Shown here one piece after another: positions 37,091 to 46,616 of a stretch of DNA of 64,000 bases (within the stretch, counting starts at the first letter, position 1; every line of letters starts with the position of its first letter). The translations under genes and the position numbers were made by a program. The notes under the pieces were generated by a model. The model was not told the origin of the DNA. It did not search any database and saw nothing but the letters and a program-made list of their open reading frames with translations. The stretch comes from Patescibacteria group bacterium (GTDB lineage Bacteria > Patescibacteriota > WWE3 > JAUXAW01 > JAYEID01). The stretch spans positions 74,917-138,916 of the forward strand of contig JAYEID010000013.1 of the NCBI GenBank assembly GCA_034659915.1, given 5' to 3'.

Positions 37091-38554
37091 CTAGTTACCT
37101 CTTTTTAGCGCCTTTTTAATCTTACTCTTCGCTTCGTTGGTCTTAGCGCAATTTAACCAATCAGGTGAGGGTCCTTTACGGCTTTTATCGGTGAGGATTT
37201 CTACTACTTGTCCGGTTTGCAGTTTGGAATCTACCGCAATTAATTTTCCATCTGCCTTTGCTCCAGTGCAGCTGTTTCCGAGATCAGAGTGTATCTTGTA
37301 GGCAAAATCAATAGGAGTTGCTCCTTGAGGCAAGTCTAAAACATCTCCTTTGGGTGTGAGTACAAAGACCCTATCTGTATAAACATTTATTTTAAGTGCT
37401 TCTTCGAATTCCTTATTTCCTCGTGTTTTTTCTTTCCATTTAACTAAGTCTTTTAACCAGGATGTGTATTCCTTTGGTGCTCTTAATTGGCTTCCTTTTG
37501 TTCTTCCTAGTTCTTTATAAAAGGCGTGTGAGGCGGGACCGTATTCGTTGTATTCGTGCATTTTCCACGTACGGATTTGGAATTCGGCGATTCTGTTTTC
37601 CTCACAAAACACAGTGGTGTGAAGAGATTGGTATCCATTTGGTTTGGGATGGGCGATATAATCGCTAAACCTTTCCCCCGGTTCCCAAAAATTGTATACA
37701 ATATCCAAAGTTTTATAGCACTCATCAGTTGTGTTTATAAGGATTCGAAAAGCTTGGACATCGTGCAATCTTTTCAGGTATTCCCGGCTTGTTTCTCCTG
37801 CTTGTTTCTCGCTCTGCATTTTTCTATAAATGCTGTAAAAGTGTTTAGGACGTCCGTAAATTTCTGCGTTGATTCCCTGCTTTCTCAATTCTTTTCTTAT
37901 CTTTTTGCGCACCTTTTGAATATATTCGTTGCGGCCTTCTCTGGTTTCTTCTAGGAAGTTTTGAATTTCGGTGTGCGCTTTGTGGTTAAGGTACTTAAAA
38001 GCCCAGTCTTCCAACTGCCATTTGTAATAGTAAACGCCCAGGCGTTCAGCAATTGGCGCGTATATATCAAGAGCTTTTTGGGCTGTTTCTTCGCGTAGTT
38101 CTTCCGGTAAGCTTTCTATTGTTTTTAAGCTGTGTACTTTTTCTGCCAGTCGGATGAGCATTACGCGGATATCTTTGACTGTTGCCAAAAGAAGTTTTCT
38201 AAAATTTTCGGTTTGGGTCCAGCCGCCTGTTTTGGTTTTTACTTTTTTAATTACTGAAACCCCGTCAACAAGTTCGGCTACCTCTTTCCCAAAGTTTTTT
38301 TGTAGTGATTCTTTGGTTGTTTTTTCGTGTTCAATTGTGTCATGGAGAAGTCCCGCAGCAATGGCTGTACTCTCCATTTTTATATCTGCGAGAAGGTGGG
38401 CAACCTCCAGGCAGTGTTCAATTAACGGTTTCCCGCTTAAACGTTCTTCCCCTTCGTGGGCTTTTTGTGCATATTTGTAGGCTTTTTCAACTAGCCCAAA
38501 ATCCGCATTGGGGTTATATTTCTTAATTTTGTTTTTCAGTTTGGTAATGCTCAT
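37091..38554 (-). CDS. relA: RelA/SpoT homolog, intact synthetase plus TGS, degenerate hydrolase
   Basis: GRPKHFYSI, KPNGYQSLHT, EFQIRT, VFVLTPKG...DFAY.IH; HD domain reads HDTIEH, RLAEKVHS. Confidence 0.88.
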   Translation of the reverse strand: MSITKLKNKIKKYNPNADFGLVEKAYKYAQKAHEGEERLSGKPLIEHCLEVAHLLADIKMESTAIAAGLLHDTIEHEKTTKESLQKNFGKEVAELVDGVSVIKKVKTKTGGWTQTENFRKLLLATVKDIRVMLIRLAEKVHSLKTIESLPEELREETAQKALDIYAPIAERLGVYYYKWQLEDWAFKYLNHKAHTEIQNFLEETREGRNEYIQKVRKKIRKELRKQGINAEIYGRPKHFYSIYRKMQSEKQAGETSREYLKRLHDVQAFRILINTTDECYKTLDIVYNFWEPGERFSDYIAHPKPNGYQSLHTTVFCEENRIAEFQIRTWKMHEYNEYGPASHAFYKELGRTKGSQLRAPKEYTSWLKDLVKWKEKTRGNKEFEEALKINVYTDRVFVLTPKGDVLDLPQGATPIDFAYKIHSDLGNSCTGAKADGKLIAVDSKLQTGQVVEILTDKSRKGPSPDWLNCAKTNEAKSKIKKALKRGN

Positions 38555-38696
38555 TTTACTCTAGCTGGCCGTATACCGCCGCATTCCTTAGCCCCTGGGG
38601 CTTCTCCTGCGGTGGCGTTTGGTATGCAGTTGTTTTTTTTGTGTTGTCTTTCATGATAGGTTAAAGGGTTTAGGCTTGTGGCTGGGTAGAGGAGCC

Positions 38697-39899
38697 TTAG
38701 CCCTGGGTAATTTTGAGGAAAGAATTTTTGCCGTAGCGAATTAGGCATGGTTTGGCGATCAAGGTTTTGGGATCAGTTATGTTTTTTCCGTCTATTTCCA
38801 CTGCGTTTTGTTGGACGCGGCGCTTCGATTCACTCTTTGAGGGTAGGGCACTGGATTGTTTTAGGAGTTCATCTAGTTCTAAACCCTCTTTTGGGAGTTT
38901 AAAGGTGGGAACTGCTTCTATTTTTCCTTCTTCTTCTCCAAAAATTTTCTTTGTGTCGCGTGCTACTTTTTTTGCAGTATCTTCTCCGTGGACAAGTTTT
39001 GTAACTTCAAATGCCAACTTCTTTTGCGCTTCTCGCGGATCTCTGAGAAGGTCCTCTATTTTCTCTAATGGTAAAAATGTTAGGGTTTTTAGCATAATGG
39101 GAACAATTTCGTCTGGTACTCCTTGAAGATATTGGTAGAAATCAAATGGATTAGTTTTTTCTGGATCCAACCAAATTGTTCCTTCAGCAGTTTTTCCCAT
39201 TTTCTCACCACTTGGTGTGGTTATTAATGGGTGGGTAATTGCGAACGCATCTTCACCATGTTTCCTGCGGATAAGATCAACGCCGGCTAAGATATTTGCC
39301 CATTGATCGTTGCCTCCAACCTGGATCTTGCAATTGTGGTTTTCAAAAAGATATAGAAAATCCCACCCTTGAAGTACAGGGTAACAAAATTCTAGCAGGG
39401 AAAGATGGCTTTCTGATTCCAAACGCCGGGAAAAAGTTTCCATTTTAACCATTTCGTTAACTGAAAAGTGGCGGGCAACTTTGAGTAAGAAATCATCTAG
39501 AAATCGAAATTTCGAGAGCCACTTATTATTATCAAGCATTAAAGCCTTGTTTTCACTATCAAAACTAATCAATCCAATATTTTCAACTTGTTTTTTTAGT
39601 GATTCCGCGTTTTCGGCAACAGTCTCAGGGTCTAATAATTTTCTCGAAAATGCCTTGTCGGCGGGATCTCCAATCTTACCTGTACCCCCGCCAATGAGAA
39701 ATATAATCTTGTGTCCGGCTTCTTGTAAGTGGTGAAGCATCATCAGTGGCATAAGGTGTCCTAGGGTGAAACTGTCCGCCGAAGGGTCAAATCCTTGATA
39801 AATTGTAGCCCTTTCCTTTGCGAGTAAAGAGGCAACCCCCTCGTCATTCGAGGTCTGGCTTATGTACCCACGTTTTTTTAGCTTTTGGAGGATGTCCAT
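38697..39899 (-). CDS. tyrS: Tyrosine-tRNA ligase
   Basis: YQGFDPSA, TLGH, GGNDQWAN, KMGKT, S4-like tail. Confidence 0.97.
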   Translation of the reverse strand: MDILQKLKKRGYISQTSNDEGVASLLAKERATIYQGFDPSADSFTLGHLMPLMMLHHLQEAGHKIIFLIGGGTGKIGDPADKAFSRKLLDPETVAENAESLKKQVENIGLISFDSENKALMLDNNKWLSKFRFLDDFLLKVARHFSVNEMVKMETFSRRLESESHLSLLEFCYPVLQGWDFLYLFENHNCKIQVGGNDQWANILAGVDLIRRKHGEDAFAITHPLITTPSGEKMGKTAEGTIWLDPEKTNPFDFYQYLQGVPDEIVPIMLKTLTFLPLEKIEDLLRDPREAQKKLAFEVTKLVHGEDTAKKVARDTKKIFGEEEGKIEAVPTFKLPKEGLELDELLKQSSALPSKSESKRRVQQNAVEIDGKNITDPKTLIAKPCLIRYGKNSFLKITQG

Positions 39900-39972
39900 A
39901 AAAATACAACTAGAAATGTTATAACTACAACCCTACAAAGGCTTAGCCTTTGGAAGCCTGTTCTTACAGTGT

Positions 39973-40986
39973 TTATGAAGGTAGGACTTTGTCTAGGTCC
40001 ATGGCTTTTTTGGCTAGTTTTAAAGTTTCTGCGGCTTCGGCCCGAGCTTTTTTTGTTCCCTCATTCAGGATTTTTTCAATTAATTCTGGCTGTTTTTTGT
40101 ATTTTTTACGCCGTTCTCGAATGGGGTCAAGAAATTCGTTTATTGCTCGGGCTAACTTTTCTTTTACCTCTACATCTCCTACTTTACCTTTCCTATATCT
40201 TTCTTTCAAATCCTTTACTTCCTCTTTTTCGGGATTAAAAGCGTTGTGGTATATAAATACAGGATTACCTTCTACTTTGCCTGGATCTGTGGGATGGATG
40301 CGGTTAGGGTCCGTGTACATACCCATAACCTTTTCTTCTACAACTTCTGCTTTATCAGAAAGGTAAATACAATTATCCAACGATTTACTCATTTTTGCAT
40401 TACCATCAAGGCCGACTAGGGTGGGCACTTCACCAATTAAAGGTTCTGGTTCGGGGAAGGTTTCACCATAGAGATTGTTAAAGCGCCGTGCAATTTCTCG
40501 GGTTAGCTCTACATGAGATTGCTGGTCTTTTCCTACTGGCACAAGATCAGCGCGGACCATTAAGATATCTGCTGCTTGTAGTACGGGGTAGGTAAGTAGA
40601 CCTAGGGAAGGTTTCTTAATATTTAAATCGCGCATTACTTCCTTTAGCGTTGGTATTCTCTGACAACGGGGGACGCTGACCAGCATTGAAAAAAGTAAGG
40701 ACAGATAAGTAACCTCGGGGATTTGAGATTGAACGTAGATTGTTGACTTTTCTGGGTCAACTCCTACTGCTAGGTAATCCAAAACCATTTCGTGAATATT
40801 TTGGGGAAGTTTTTCTAAATTTTCCTTTTCTGGGGCTGTGGTTAAGGTGTGTAAGTCGGCAATGATGAAGAAGCACTCGTAGTCATCCTGCAACCGCACT
40901 CGGTTTTTAAGCGAGCCAACATAATGCCCCAAGTGTAATTTCCCCGTTGGTCTGTCACCTGTTAGTATTCTTTTTTTGCTATTCAT
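39973..40986 (-). CDS. trpS: Tryptophan-tRNA ligase
   Basis: [33 protein letters not shown]. Confidence 0.98.
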   Translation of the reverse strand: MNSKKRILTGDRPTGKLHLGHYVGSLKNRVRLQDDYECFFIIADLHTLTTAPEKENLEKLPQNIHEMVLDYLAVGVDPEKSTIYVQSQIPEVTYLSLLFSMLVSVPRCQRIPTLKEVMRDLNIKKPSLGLLTYPVLQAADILMVRADLVPVGKDQQSHVELTREIARRFNNLYGETFPEPEPLIGEVPTLVGLDGNAKMSKSLDNCIYLSDKAEVVEEKVMGMYTDPNRIHPTDPGKVEGNPVFIYHNAFNPEKEEVKDLKERYRKGKVGDVEVKEKLARAINEFLDPIRERRKKYKKQPELIEKILNEGTKKARAEAAETLKLAKKAMDLDKVLPS

Positions 40987-41059
40987 GATGATTTCCTTTT
41001 TGATTATACACTAATAATTAGCCTGTGCTAAGTTTGAGGAAGAAGGTTGGGTATAAAAC

Positions 41060-41318
41060 AAAAAAACCGCCCCTTGTTATAAGGACGGTTCGTAAAGAAA
41101 CGTGTTGCCACCTTATTTTATCCAACTATTACTAGTTGAACCTTTGTACCGACTTTGTCCTGATTTTAGTAGAAGGACAACAACGGTATGCTATTTGGTA
41201 ACGGATAGCTGCCGGAGAAAGCTACTTAGTTTTACCTGTTCGCCTTTCAGCCTGTCCCGACTCCACCAGTTGGGGGGATCGGGGCGGAAGAGGCCCATTC
41301 TCCTCTTCATAACCTTTC
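41060..41318 (-). promoter_or_regulatory. T-box riboswitch (Trp) upstream of trpS
   Basis: AAGG-UGGCAAC-ACG...CGU-CCUU antiterminator, overlapping terminator with U7, CCGUUA stem IIA, GAA/AGUA stem II, UGG specifier. Confidence 0.85.
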
Positions 41319-41383
41319 AATTGACGTGATTATTAGTACACCATATTTGGGCTTTATTGTCAAGCAGTTTAGGAGCTTTTAGC

Positions 41384-42613
41384 TTATACAGGTTTGACCT
41401 TTTCTTGATTATAACCGATTGGTGGTTTAAGGATTTTGTTGGCAGGGAGGGATGTAGCATGGACAATCTTTTCGCCAAAGTGTTGGTTTATTTTATCTAC
41501 TGTTTTGGTTAGCTCTTGCCAATTAGTTTTGAACATGTTTTGCGGCATGTTTTTTTCTTTAGTTAGGTTAGAGACACGGATTCCTACCAGTCTTATATTT
41601 TCAAAACCCTTAAATTTTTTGTAAAGTTTTACACAGGTAGCAAATATTTCTCTCGCATCTTGAGTATAATAAGAGATTGATTTTTGCCTAGTTTGGGTTT
41701 TAAAATTTAGATTTCTAAGTTGCAGTGTAATTGTATTTCCAAAAACATTTTTGTTTCGCATCTTTCTGGCTATCCTTTCTGCAAGCCGAAAGAGGACTGG
41801 CTTTGCAGCCTCAAAGGTAGAAACCTCTTTAGGTAGAGTAAAAGAGCGGCTGATTGATTTTTCCTTTTCTTCTTGCCAGTAGGGTACAACAGGCGCGTTA
41901 TCAATTCCCTGTCCAAATAGTTTCAAGTTTTGTGCGCTTGAACCAAACACCGCTTTTAAGTTTTCTAATGGATAGTTGCCTAGTTCAGCAAGAGAACTTA
42001 TCCCCATTTTTTCCAGCTTAGCTGCAGTTTTAGAACCGATGCCACAAATTTCTTTTGGGATTGTATTTTTAAGTAGAGCTGGGATATTTTTCCTTTTTAA
42101 GATAAAAATACCGTTTGGTTTTACTTTTTGGCAGACTAGTTTAGCAAAGGTTTTATTAGGTGCAATACCAATAGAAGCTGTAATATATTTTCCCAGCTGG
42201 TTCCTAATCTTCTTTTTTATTTGTTGTGCTAGCTTTAATTCTCCGCCAAATCTTTCAACCGTGTCGGTTATATCGAGGAAAGCTTCATCAATAGAAAATA
42301 TTTCTAGAATAGGGGAGAACTCTCGCATAATTTGAAGCCAGGTTCTACTGCACTTTTGGTAATTTTCCATATGACCTTGCACAAACCGGATCTGGGGGCA
42401 AAGTTCTTTTGCTTCCCAGGTAGGCATTCCAGATTTAACACCAAAAGGTTTTGCTTCGCGTGAGGCTGCTGCCACTACAGTTCTGGTTCCTGGCTTTCCT
42501 GAAACACCAATTGGTATTCCTCGTAACGAAGGCTCTTGCTGTTGCTCTACTGAAGCAAAGTAAGAATCCATATCCAGGTGTAAAATTTTCCGTTCTCTAC
42601 TGTGGCAGTCCAT
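41384..42613 (-). CDS. dinB: DNA polymerase IV
   Basis: HLDMDSYFASVE, GVKSGMP, SIDEAFLD, SIGIAPNK; ATG 42613 follows TAAAAT. Confidence 0.95.
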   Translation of the reverse strand: MDCHSRERKILHLDMDSYFASVEQQQEPSLRGIPIGVSGKPGTRTVVAAASREAKPFGVKSGMPTWEAKELCPQIRFVQGHMENYQKCSRTWLQIMREFSPILEIFSIDEAFLDITDTVERFGGELKLAQQIKKKIRNQLGKYITASIGIAPNKTFAKLVCQKVKPNGIFILKRKNIPALLKNTIPKEICGIGSKTAAKLEKMGISSLAELGNYPLENLKAVFGSSAQNLKLFGQGIDNAPVVPYWQEEKEKSISRSFTLPKEVSTFEAAKPVLFRLAERIARKMRNKNVFGNTITLQLRNLNFKTQTRQKSISYYTQDAREIFATCVKLYKKFKGFENIRLVGIRVSNLTKEKNMPQNMFKTNWQELTKTVDKINQHFGEKIVHATSLPANKILKPPIGYNQEKVKPV

Positions 42614-42680
42614 TAAATATATTTTACGTGAACTTGCCCTAAGAATCGATAACCCCTCCACCCTATCAAAACAACCGTAA

Positions 42681-42798
42681 TAGACCTCCGAGGTCTAGGA
42701 TCCTATGGGAATGGTGTTTGAGGGGTAAAAAAGAGCTATTAAGTTATCATCTCTTCTTGTTCCTGTCCCCGCAGCTCTAAGATACCTCGGAGGTCTAG
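42681..42798. repeat. Inverted REP-like doublet
   Basis: tagacctccgaggtcta (42681) and acctcggaggtcta (42784), cores are reverse complements. Confidence 0.7.
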
Positions 42799-42844
42799 AA
42801 GTGTTGGGAGATGTGGTTTTTGTGTTACTATTTTTATAGAGATT

Positions 42845-43210
42845 ATGAGTGTTAGGTTTGATTCTACACAGTTTGGTAGTGTAACTATTAATGGCAAACA
42901 GTATAAAGATGTCCTGGTTGTGGGCGAGGAAATTATTCCCCGTGATTTGGATGTGTTGCACAAGCGCTACGGTACTGGGCATAAAATTGCTCCTGAGGAA
43001 TTGGATAAATTGTTAGATGAGAAACCTGCTTTCTTGGTTATTGGTACGGGGCAGACTGGTGTGCTTCACATTCCGGATAGTGTACGGAAAGAGGTTAAAG
43101 ATGCTGAAGTTGACTTGATTGCCAAAATAACACCCAAAGCTATTGAGAATTTCAATGCTTTGAGAGAAAAAGGTAACAGGGTAAACGCGTTGATTCATGT
43201 AACGTGTTAG
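42845..43210 (+). CDS. Mth938/NDUFAF3-like domain protein
   Basis: FGSVTING, LVIGTGQ.G, TP.AI..FN, ALIHVTC. Confidence 0.88.
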   Translation: MSVRFDSTQFGSVTINGKQYKDVLVVGEEIIPRDLDVLHKRYGTGHKIAPEELDKLLDEKPAFLVIGTGQTGVLHIPDSVRKEVKDAEVDLIAKITPKAIENFNALREKGNRVNALIHVTC

Positions 43211-43224
43211 GTATTTTTCTGGAG

Positions 43225-43692
43225 CTAGAGGGTAGTTTTTAGGAAAGTGAGAGTTTTGTCTTCCTTTAGATCTCGGACTACTATTAGTTCTAAATCCCTT
43301 CCTCCTTTTTGGTATATCCAGGCTTCTCCACCACTTGGTTGAAAGGTCTTTACACCTTTCCAGCGGTTCTTTTCCAATTCTTTGTTGTAAAAATTTAGAA
43401 CTTCTTCAACTGGTTTTTCTGTTTCTAGAATCAGATGAATCCTTTGCTGGTTCTGGCTTTGATTTTCAGTAGCCTGTATTAGCTGGTAGTAATTTGGGAT
43501 GGGTATATCCTCGGGCCAGTTAGAGGGAAGATCAGACTGAGTTCCAAAAATTGTTCCTTTGTGTTCTTGCGCAAACTGGGGCAAGAGATTACCCTCTTCC
43601 TTAAAAATCCAAAGTCCTGTTCCTATAAAGAAAGTACTGAGCAATGTTAAGAAAGCCCCAATTTTTACAGAGTTTGCTATTTTAAAAGTCAT
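43225..43692 (-). CDS. Hypothetical membrane-anchored protein
   Basis: N-terminal TM, LPSNWPEDIP, FY..EL..W. Confidence 0.75.
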   Translation of the reverse strand: MTFKIANSVKIGAFLTLLSTFFIGTGLWIFKEEGNLLPQFAQEHKGTIFGTQSDLPSNWPEDIPIPNYYQLIQATENQSQNQQRIHLILETEKPVEEVLNFYNKELEKNRWKGVKTFQPSGGEAWIYQKGGRDLELIVVRDLKEDKTLTFLKTTL

Positions 43693-43809
43693 TACAACCT
43701 AATATTATCAGAGGAGATAAAGGTAGAACAACTGTTTCCTTGAGGAAGGGTGTTGAAGGTATGGTATAATAACCTTGCTTGGTCAGGTTTGTGTAAATTG
43801 AGGTTTAGT

Positions 43810-43885
43810 GGCCCCATCGTCTAGTGGCCTAGGACGTCGCTCTCTCAAGGCGGAAACACGGGTTCGATTCCCGTTGGGGCCACCA
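43810..43885 (+). tRNA. tRNA-Glu(CTC)
   Basis: GGCCCCATCGTCTAGTGGCCTAGGACG-TCGCT-CT-CTC-AA-GGCGG...GGTTCGATTCC...CCA. Confidence 0.96.
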
Positions 43886-44049
43886 TCAGAAGGTGTATTG
43901 TAAATTTTTGATTTGGGGAGATAGAACTAAGATTCTGGTAAAGCCTTTCCGTGTAGTAAAAACCACAGTGAAAAACTATATAATTGTTAGGTTTTTGCTC
44001 GTTGTTTTTTAAGTTTGACAATTCTAGACTGGTGTGTTAATTTTATCCA

Positions 44050-44165
44050 CTGCCAAGCAATTGGCTACTTAGAGGAGTTATATTTTTTATCCGGAAGTAC
44101 TTTCTCTTCCACCTTGAATTAATAATCATAAGCCGTCTTACAAAGTAGCGTTAATTGTTTCCGTT
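44050..44165 (+). ncRNA. Candidate miniature 6S RNA
   Basis: TTGACA-17-TAATTT promoter; rod with central bubble; AUAUUU..AUCC and CACCUUGAA segments. Confidence 0.5.
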
Positions 44166-44266
44166 TTTCAGAATAATAGAGTTCCCTAGAGGGGGTAAGG
44201 TGGTTTTGTGATAATTTATTGAAACAGTGGTTATTTTAAAGGGGATGGTTAGTAATTTAGATAGCA

Positions 44267-44746
44267 ATGATAGCAATGAAAGAAAAGCAGAAGAAAATTT
44301 TGACCCCGGGAGGGTACAAAAAACTGAAAGAAGAGTACGAAGAACTAACTCAGGAGAAAAGAAAAGAAATAGCTGAGAAAATTCGCGAAGCTCGCGAGCA
44401 AGGGGATCTTTCGGAAAACGCTGCATATAAGGCAGCTAAGGAAGAGCAAGTGTTTGTAGAGCGGCGGATTGATGAACTTGAGACTGTTTTGCGGCAGGCC
44501 AAAGTTGTTGAGCGTAGTAATGATGCTTGTGGTAAAGTCGACCTAGGGTGCAAAGTGCAAGTTTATTTGGAAGGACAGAATCATGAGTTTTTTATTGTGG
44601 GTGCCGAGGAGGCAAACCCAACTGAGGGCAAGATTTCCTATGAGTCGCCCTTGGGGCAAGCGCTAATGGGTAAAGCTCCGGGGGAGCGGGTTGAAGTAGA
44701 AACTCCAGGTGGTAGAATAACTTATATTGTAAAGGGGATTGAATGA
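44267..44746 (+). CDS. greA: Transcription elongation factor GreA
   Basis: LTPGG, GDLSENAAY, ISYESPLGQAL. Confidence 0.95.
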   Translation: MIAMKEKQKKILTPGGYKKLKEEYEELTQEKRKEIAEKIREAREQGDLSENAAYKAAKEEQVFVERRIDELETVLRQAKVVERSNDACGKVDLGCKVQVYLEGQNHEFFIVGAEEANPTEGKISYESPLGQALMGKAPGERVEVETPGGRITYIVKGIE

Positions 44747-45216
44747 TAAATTTAGAAAAAACATACTATTTAACCCCAGAGGGGTTGGAAAAATTTAAGG
44801 AAAAGCTGGAGCATTTGGAAGAAAATGTTATGGATGATGTGCGAAGTGAGTTAAGAGTTGCTCAGGAAGAAGAGCCAGACCCTACCGAAAATCCTGGTCT
44901 TCGAGATGCAATTAGTCGCCAGCAACAAGCGGAGGAAGAAATTGAGGAGCTGAAAAATGTCCTTAATAATTACGAATTAATTGAAGGAGGCTCGGGTGAT
45001 AAGGTTGAACTAGGATCGGTTGTGGAAGTCAAGGTAGATGGGGAGAAGGACAAATTCCAAATTGTTGGTTCGTTGGAAGCAGATCCTGTTAATGGTAAAA
45101 TTTCTTATGAATCTCCAGTGGGGGAAGCACTTTTGGGTGCTAAGCCTGGTGAAGAAGTTGAAGCGGGAGGTTCTATAGTTAGAGGAGCTACTTATAAGGT
45201 TTTATCTGTTAATTAA
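44743..45216 (+). CDS. Second, divergent GreA-family factor
   Basis: LTPEG, tip PDPTENPG, ISYESPVGEAL; ATGA overlap with greA. Confidence 0.9.
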   Translation: MINLEKTYYLTPEGLEKFKEKLEHLEENVMDDVRSELRVAQEEEPDPTENPGLRDAISRQQQAEEEIEELKNVLNNYELIEGGSGDKVELGSVVEVKVDGEKDKFQIVGSLEADPVNGKISYESPVGEALLGAKPGEEVEAGGSIVRGATYKVLSVN

Positions 45217-45218
45217 TT

Positions 45219-46577
45219 ATGTCAAACTACTTTGTAGATTTGAATTACGATAAATCAAAGCTTGCGGAAAGTGAGCAAAAGGTTTTGGGTAAATTGGTTG
45301 ATGCAGCTAAGTTAATTGGTATCTTGTATTCTCGACAAGAGGACAACAATCATCCTGGGGCAAATTTTTACCCCCATAATGCTAGTAGGGAAGAGATTAG
45401 AGCAGCAGCGGAAGAGGACCCAGCTATTTTAAGCCCTTATACTATGGTAAAAAGAGGTGAGAAGGGGAATTTGGTGGCAATTCCTTACCACAAAATGTAC
45501 AGTGAAGAAATGGAGAAAATTGCTACCCTCTTGGAAGAGGCAGCAAAAGCTTCGGAGGATAGAGAGTTTGCAGAGTTTTTAAAGCTACGTGCCCAGTCTT
45601 TTCGTGATGGCAGTTGGGATAAGAGCGAAGACAAATGGCTTGAGATGAACGGTCACAAAATTGATATTGTTATTGGACCAATTGAACCTTACCTCGATGA
45701 CCTCTTTTCTATTAAATGTGCTTTCCAGGCAAATATTCGCGTAACAAGCAACGATCCCAAGTTTAACCCCCAAGACTATTTAAAGGTTATCCGTAATCTT
45801 TATTCTTCGTGTGCGGGACCTTCTGAAGAGGAGCGGAAGCCAGTAAAAGTTAGGGTAGATGATGTAGTAGCGCTTGCGGGATGGCATGCTAAGCTGCGCC
45901 CCGTAGGGAGTAATTTGCCAAATGATCCAGAAAAAGTCGAAAAATACGGAACAAAAATTATTATCTACACTGACAATATTCGGTACCGGGAGGGGAAAAT
46001 AACCATTGGTGCTTTGGAAAGGGTATTTCCAAAGGATATTGTAGAAGAACACTCGAGGGAGAGCCTTTTGGACAACGCAATTCGGGGGACAATGCTTCAT
46101 GAAATCACGGAAGCTATTGTAAAGTATCCCGGAACAGTAAATAGATTAGGCGATATGTATACTCCAGTGAAGGAGCTGCATGCCACAATTGTTGGTCTAA
46201 AAGGTTGTACTTTTCATGTTCTAAAAGGTATTTTGACTCAGAAAGATTTTAAAGAGCTTTTAATGATTTTAATTTCTTGGCTTTTTGAAAGCTGGCTTCG
46301 CCGTGAAAGCAGTAAGGGTATTCGGGCGTATCTTCGAGGATACATGGTTGCTTTTAACTTTTTCCGTGAGCAAGATGCTTTGGAGGTAAAGGATGGTGTT
46401 ATTAAGCCAGATTTTGAGGAACTTTTCTTGGCAGTAGATAATTTGGCAGGGGTGCTTTCTCACCTTATGTCGGAAGGCACTCAAGAAGAAGCAGAGGAGT
46501 TTTTTGCAAAATACGAAGATTACCAAGTGATGGATCAGTTTACCTCTGAACTTTCAGCGTTACAGCAGGAGCTTTAA
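45219..46577 (+). CDS. Dipeptidyl-peptidase III (M49)-like protein with altered metal motif
   Basis: GANFYP, IGPIEPYLD, NLPND..GTK, LHEITE. Confidence 0.75.
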   Translation: MSNYFVDLNYDKSKLAESEQKVLGKLVDAAKLIGILYSRQEDNNHPGANFYPHNASREEIRAAAEEDPAILSPYTMVKRGEKGNLVAIPYHKMYSEEMEKIATLLEEAAKASEDREFAEFLKLRAQSFRDGSWDKSEDKWLEMNGHKIDIVIGPIEPYLDDLFSIKCAFQANIRVTSNDPKFNPQDYLKVIRNLYSSCAGPSEEERKPVKVRVDDVVALAGWHAKLRPVGSNLPNDPEKVEKYGTKIIIYTDNIRYREGKITIGALERVFPKDIVEEHSRESLLDNAIRGTMLHEITEAIVKYPGTVNRLGDMYTPVKELHATIVGLKGCTFHVLKGILTQKDFKELLMILISWLFESWLRRESSKGIRAYLRGYMVAFNFFREQDALEVKDGVIKPDFEELFLAVDNLAGVLSHLMSEGTQEEAEEFFAKYEDYQVMDQFTSELSALQQEL

Positions 46578-46616
46578 GCGTTGTCTCTCCCCTTTGCTTA
46601 GTGTTATACTAACTCC

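Noticed and set aside
42614-42661. Longer dinB start and an SOS box
   Set aside because: TAAAAT 7 nt before ATG 42613 supports the shorter start; no recognisable LexA palindrome
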